Part shown: one piece after another, positions 59,337-64,000 of the stretch
How positions within the stretch are numbered: position 1 is the first letter of the stretch
How the letters are laid out: each line of letters starts with the position of its first letter
DNA from: Clostridia bacterium 41_269
GTDB lineage: Bacteria; Bacillota; DTU086
NCBI GenBank assembly: GCA_001508005.1
Contig: LGEZ01000002.1
Location: 4,354 to 68,353 of the forward strand
DNA: 64,000 nucleotides
Direction of reading: 5' to 3'
Made by a program: the position numbers and the translations under genes
Notes under the pieces: model-generated
Told to the model about the DNA's origin: nothing
Database searches by the model: none
Seen by the model: only the letters and a program-made list of their open reading frames with translations

Positions 59337-61376
59337 ATGAAAGTTTATAATACCGAGCAGATAAGAAATATAGCTCTTGTTTCCCATGGAGGAGCTGGTA
59401 AAACAACTCTTACAGAGGCCATGCTTTATAATACGGGAGTAATTACCCGTATGGGTAGAGTAGAAGATGGAAATACCGTATCTGATTATGATCCTGAGGA
59501 AATTAAGAGGCAGGTATCAATTAATCTTTCCCTTGTCCCTTTAGAATGGAAAAATTGTAAGATAAATATTATTGATACACCAGGTTTTGCGGATTTTTCA
59601 TCTGAGGTTAAAAGTGCAATAAGGGTGGCTGATGGTGTGGCGGTATTGATTTCAGCACCTGATGGAGTAGAGGTTTTAACAGAGGTTTATTGGAAGCTTG
59701 CAGATGAAAGAAATCTTCCCAGGGTAATTTTTGTAAATAAAATGGATAGGGAAAATGCTAATTTTGATGCAGCGTTTGCAGGATTAAAAGAAACCTTTGG
59801 AAATAAAGTAGTTGCTCTTCAAATTCCCATTGGCAAAGAAAAGGATTTTAAAGGTGTTGTTGATATTTTGAAGATGAAAGCATTTTATGGGACAGAAGAC
59901 GGTAAAATGAAAGAAGAAGATATTCCTGCAGACCTTGTGGATCTTGCTAATGAACAGAGAGAGGCATTAATTGAAGTAGTGGCTGAAGCTGATGATGAGC
60001 TTTTAATGAAGTATCTTGAAGGTGAAGAGCTTACAGAAGAAGAAATTGAAAGAGGATTAAAGGCTGGTATAAAAAATGCTTCAATTTTCCCTGTTTTAGT
60101 TGGTTCAGCTGTTAAAAATATAGGTGTGCAAAATTTGATGGACTTTTTTGTTAAATACATGCCTAATCCAGCGGAAGCATTAAAAGAAAGCAATCTTGAA
60201 GATAAGCCTTTTGCAGGCATAGTGTTTAAAACATTAGCTGATCCTTATACGGGAAAAATTAGTTATTTGAGACTTTATCAGGGAGAATTAACCAGTGATA
60301 AAGTACTTTATAACTCTAATAAAGATACTGAAGAAAAAATTGGTCAGCTTTTAATAATGCGAGGAAAGAATCAAGAACCTGTTAGTACTTTAAAAGCGGG
60401 AGATATATGTGCTATTCCTAAGCTTCAGCAAACCAGTACTGGCGATACATTATGTGAAAAAGGTTCAGATATAGTTCTAGAAGGTATTGAGTTTCCAGAG
60501 CCAAACTTCTCAGTAGCAATCACACCTAAAAATAAGGGTGATGAGGATAAGCTGGGAACCGGTATAAGCAAAATTCTAAATGAAGATCCAGCTCTTAAAA
60601 TGGAAAAAAATATTGAAACCAATGAAACTATACTAACTGGTATGGGAGAACTTCACCTTGATGTTGTGGTTTCCAAACTTAAGGAAAGATACGGGGTACA
60701 GGTGGAAATGAGTACTCCCAAGGTACCCTATAGAGAAACTATACGTAAGGCGGTCAGCAGAGTTGAGGCAAAATATAAGAAGCAAACAGGTGGACGAGGT
60801 CAGTACGGTCACGTATTTTTGGATGTAGAACCTCTACCTGATAAGGAATTTCAATTCGAAGAAACGATTTTTGGTGGAGTTGTTCCCAAACAATATATTC
60901 CTGCGGTAGAAAAGGGCGTGCTGGAAGCAATGAAAGAGGGTGTCTTGGCAAAATATCCTGTAACTAATATTAAGGTAACTTTAGTTGATGGTTCATATCA
61001 TAGTGTTGATTCATCGGAGCATGCGTTTAAGCTTGCAGGCTCAATGGCTTTAAAGAAAGCTTTGGAACAGGCAGATCCAGTTCTTCTTGAACCTATTATG
61101 GAAGTTGAGGTAAGAGTTCCTGAAAAATTTATGGGTGATATAATGGGAGACTTAAACAGCAAGAGAGGAAGGATCTTAGGAATGGATTCTGAAGGAGAAG
61201 AGCAAGTGGTACGAGCTCTGGTACCCCTAGCAGAAATGTATAGATATGCAATTGATTTGAAATCTATTACTCAGGGTAGAGGTAGTTTCAAGATGAAGTT
61301 TTCTCATTATGAGGAAGTTCCTCCGAATATTGCAGAAAAGATCATTCAGGAAGCTGCTTCACAAGAAGAAGAATAA
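59337..61376 (+). CDS. fusA2: Elongation factor G paralog (EF-G2 type)
   Basis: Five-domain EF-G outside the str operon; HGGAGKTT, DTPGFADF, NKMD, GMGELHL, DGSYH.VDSS. Confidence 0.92.
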   Translation: MKVYNTEQIRNIALVSHGGAGKTTLTEAMLYNTGVITRMGRVEDGNTVSDYDPEEIKRQVSINLSLVPLEWKNCKINIIDTPGFADFSSEVKSAIRVADGVAVLISAPDGVEVLTEVYWKLADERNLPRVIFVNKMDRENANFDAAFAGLKETFGNKVVALQIPIGKEKDFKGVVDILKMKAFYGTEDGKMKEEDIPADLVDLANEQREALIEVVAEADDELLMKYLEGEELTEEEIERGLKAGIKNASIFPVLVGSAVKNIGVQNLMDFFVKYMPNPAEALKESNLEDKPFAGIVFKTLADPYTGKISYLRLYQGELTSDKVLYNSNKDTEEKIGQLLIMRGKNQEPVSTLKAGDICAIPKLQQTSTGDTLCEKGSDIVLEGIEFPEPNFSVAITPKNKGDEDKLGTGISKILNEDPALKMEKNIETNETILTGMGELHLDVVVSKLKERYGVQVEMSTPKVPYRETIRKAVSRVEAKYKKQTGGRGQYGHVFLDVEPLPDKEFQFEETIFGGVVPKQYIPAVEKGVLEAMKEGVLAKYPVTNIKVTLVDGSYHSVDSSEHAFKLAGSMALKKALEQADPVLLEPIMEVEVRVPEKFMGDIMGDLNSKRGRILGMDSEGEEQVVRALVPLAEMYRYAIDLKSITQGRGSFKMKFSHYEEVPPNIAEKIIQEAASQEEE

Positions 61377-61395
61377 TAAAAAATTAGGGAAGATT

Positions 61396-61420
61396 AAGCG
61401 CCACTTGAAAGTGGCGCTTT
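61396..61420. terminator. Bidirectional terminator
   Basis: AAGCGCCACTT/AAGTGGCGCTT between convergent genes. Confidence 0.75.
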
Positions 61421-61445
61421 AAATTTTATATTAAACGTGCTTAAT

Positions 61446-62033
61446 TTACTCTATGCTAATTAATGTTTCATTTCTTCCCAATGGTTTGGATGTATCAACA
61501 TGACCGGCCAATGTTTCTACCGTTTGTCCTTCTACTAATATCTGAACTTTTTCAACTCCTGGAAATTTGATAAGGGTGTTTGCGATTGAAGCTACTGCCA
61601 ATTCTTCTCCTCTGCTGCCCACAGATAGTTTTGTTATTTCTCGGGAAAAATTTGGGTAAGCTATGAAGTCTTTAACTGTAACATCAATAACACGGGTGTC
61701 CTTGGGAAAGGGGTTTCTTTTGTCTTGTATCAATTTTTCTAAAGCAGCTTTTAGCATGTTTGGTTCAGGTTCAATAGTTATAACTTCAGGTATCAAAACA
61801 AAGTCATTTTGGGTGCTTTTTATGTAATATATTGTTATTTTTTCCTTACTTTCTTTTTTATAACTGTTAAGTTCTTTTTCCAGATTTTTAATTTTTTCTT
61901 GTAATAGGCGATTTTCGGCTTCAAGCTTATTAATATTATTTTTTGTATCATTTGTACTGCAACCCGAAGCTAACAGTAATGCCAACATTAAAACTATAAG
62001 GATTTTCTTCTTTTTCATAATGAACTTTTTCAT
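61446..62033 (-). CDS. GerMN-domain lipoprotein
   Basis: Lipobox LASGC; GS..E...V.SIANTL..FPGVEKVQILVEG...LAGH. Confidence 0.88.
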   Translation of the reverse strand: MKKFIMKKKKILIVLMLALLLASGCSTNDTKNNINKLEAENRLLQEKIKNLEKELNSYKKESKEKITIYYIKSTQNDFVLIPEVITIEPEPNMLKAALEKLIQDKRNPFPKDTRVIDVTVKDFIAYPNFSREITKLSVGSRGEELAVASIANTLIKFPGVEKVQILVEGQTVETLAGHVDTSKPLGRNETLISIE

Positions 62034-62292
62034 GAAAATTCACCTCATTATAAAATAAAAAATTTTATAATTTAATTATGTTCCAAAAAAAAATTTTTTA
62101 GCTATAAATTTTTTTGACTTTATTTAAAATAGAGTCTAATATTTTAAAAATATGTTATTATTTGTTATATTATAAAAAAATTATATAAGGTCTTTTTAAA
62201 GAAAAATTGACATCTGCTGTTTTTTAATACATTTGCAGCAAAATTTTCAGGTTTTGCTTTTAGGGTGATGGGATTTTCTCATTCCCTTTTTA

Positions 62293-63390
62293 TTGTGCTC
62301 TAGTCATAATTTAAATAAATTATGGAATGTCTTAATGTTGAGAAAAAAGTACAAAATTAATTATTACAACGATGTTACCAATCTTCCCAACAGAAGGAAC
62401 CCCTATCTTTACTTAAGAAACAGAAAGGAATTTTCAGTATTGTTGATTGATTTGGGTAGATTAAAGGGTGTAAATGAAACTTATGGTTTTATTTATGGGG
62501 ATATGCTTTTAAATTTTGCTGCAAAAGAAATAGTGCGTATTGTTGGTACAAAAGGCAGAGCTTTTCATTTCCAAGGCGAAGAGTTTGCAGTATTTCTTCG
62601 GGAGCAAGACCCAAAAAAATTATCCAATGGGTTGAAGGTCTGACGGAAGAGTTTCAAAGGGCAAATTTTTGATAAATGGTAAGAGAAAAAGAATGCCGTT
62701 TAATTTAAAAGTGGGGATATATAATAAAGAAGGAAAATTTTATCTGCAGTATCAACCAATTTTAGATTTGGAAAGTGAAGAAGTTATCGGAGCTGAATCA
62801 CTTTTAGAATGGAAGTGTCTATCGCTAGGAGAAGTTTCTTCCAGTGAATTTATTCCCGTTGTTGAAGAAGAAAATTATATAGGTGATTTAGGGTTTTTTG
62901 TTTTTGAGCAGTCCTGTAGGTTTTTAAAAAGAGTAAAAAAGCTTGTTCCTTCATTCAAAATTAATATAAATATTTCACCTATTCAGTTGTTAAAGATATA
63001 AAATTTGAAATAACTGAAAATCAGATACTGAGAGATGAAGAGTTTAATAAAAAACACTGGAAAAAATTACTGAAGTTGGGTTCTTCCGTTGTTTTAGATG
63101 ATTTTGGGACTGGTTTTTCATCAATAAAGAATTTAGTTCTATTCCCAGTATCTGAAATAAAAATAGATTCCTTTTTAGCCAAGGAAATGATGATAGATAA
63201 AAAAGCTGAAATTTTAGTTAGTTCTATTATTTTTGCTGCTAAAGAGGCGGGATATCTTTTAACTTTGGAAGGCGTTGAAAATGAAGAACAGTTTTTGAAA
63301 GCTAAGCAGATGGGGTTTAATATGGTGCAGGGATATTATATAGCCAAACCCATTTTAGAAGAAGAATTTATAAAAAAATTACTAAATTAG
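62293..63390 (+). pseudogene. Decayed GGDEF-EAL protein (three fragments)
   Basis: TNLPNRR, IDL...VNETYG..GD, QGEEF; YQPI, AES, INISP; LDDFGTGFSS, IKID, EGVE, QGYY; frameshifts near 62620 and 63000, and the GGDEF-EAL junction looks shortened. Confidence 0.85.
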
Positions 63391-63490
63391 TTAGAAGTTG
63401 GTGTTTTTTTATTTGGCTTTTATAAGGAAAATTTGTTAAGATATCCTAAAAAATTTACTCAGAAATTAAATTTGTGGAGGGATATTATGC

Positions 63491-63883
63491 ATGATAGGTC
63501 GGAGAGAAGAATTTGCTTTGGGCATCCCTTAAATTGATGAGCAGCATAAAAAGCTTTTTGATATTGCAGAAAGAATTTATGAACTTTATAAAGATGAGTT
63601 TGTTATTGACAAATACGATAGAATTGTCGAGCTAATAGAGGAATTAAAAGACTATATCATTTATCACTTTGAAACAGAGGAAGATTATATAGAGAGTATA
63701 GGATATAATAAGATGTTCACCCACAAATTAGAACATGAAAAATTTGTTGATAGAATCTTAAATGTTGATTTAACTCAAGTAGATGAGAACCATGATGCTT
63801 ATTTAGTGGAAACCCTTGATTTTGTTGTAAAATGGATAGAAAAACATATTCTTAAAAAGGATAAACAGATAGTTTCGGGTTGA
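63491..63883 (+). pseudogene. Bacteriohemerythrin with an in-frame TAA (63530-63532); not in ORF track
   Basis: MIGRREEFALGIP*IDEQHKKLF...YHFETEE...HKLEHEKF...WIEKHILKKD carries the H/HxxxE/HxxxH/HxxxxD iron ligands. Confidence 0.88.
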
Positions 63884-63896
63884 TAATTTTCTTGTT

Positions 63897-63940
63897 AAAA
63901 AGATAACCCCATATATGTTTGCGGGGTTGTCTTTTTTTGT
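63897..63940 (+). terminator. Terminator after the hemerythrin gene
   Basis: AAAAGATAACCCC/GGGGTTGTCTTTT plus T-run. Confidence 0.8.
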
Positions 63941-64000
63941 TAGAAGACTAAACTGAAATAGTTTTGTAAATAATTATTTTTCAAAGATTCTTTCGAAAGC

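Noticed and set aside
42174-63502. CGG codon reassignment (e.g. to Trp), suggested by the odd tRNA-CCG and a CGG at the conserved Trp4 of hemerythrin
   Set aside because: CGG encodes conserved Arg in rpsP (SPRDG), ffh (DARGG), rplS (YYLR) and rnhB (VTRD); the tRNA keeps A20 and G73; the hemerythrin is a pseudogene, so TGG>CGG is simple decay

Overview
AT-rich chromosomal segment of a spore-forming, probably thermophilic clostridial Firmicute. It is mostly core genes: rtcB, rsmD, ylbJ, ackA, rpmF, the FapR-controlled plsX-fab operon, rnc-smc-ftsY, MTA/SAH salvage (mtnP-mtnA-mtaD, ahcY), ylxM-ffh-rpsP-khpA-rimM-trmD-rplS-rnhB, a T-box-controlled alaRT pair, dnaD-dnaC, thiL, a carboxyltransferase-fumarase-malic enzyme cluster, fur, folE, lepB, surE, spoVB and a second EF-G. 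I saw no CRISPR array, prophage or IS. The best candidate for an uncharacterised system is at 28.8-33.5 kb. There a c-di-GMP-I riboswitch with a readable OFF-type expression platform heads an operon for a sigma-factor-less partner-switching module (multi-domain RsbW-type kinase, two STAS proteins, a sensor-less PP2C phosphatase) that ends in a FapA/DUF342 gene. Other notable items: a candidate sRNA complementary to the RBS of its convergent small-protein neighbour, a strongly promoted tRNA-Arg(CCG) with an aberrant anticodon loop, small proteins missing from the ORF track (including a SpoVM-like peptide), and six interrupted genes. All calls come from reading the sequence and from recalled family motifs; no searches were run.
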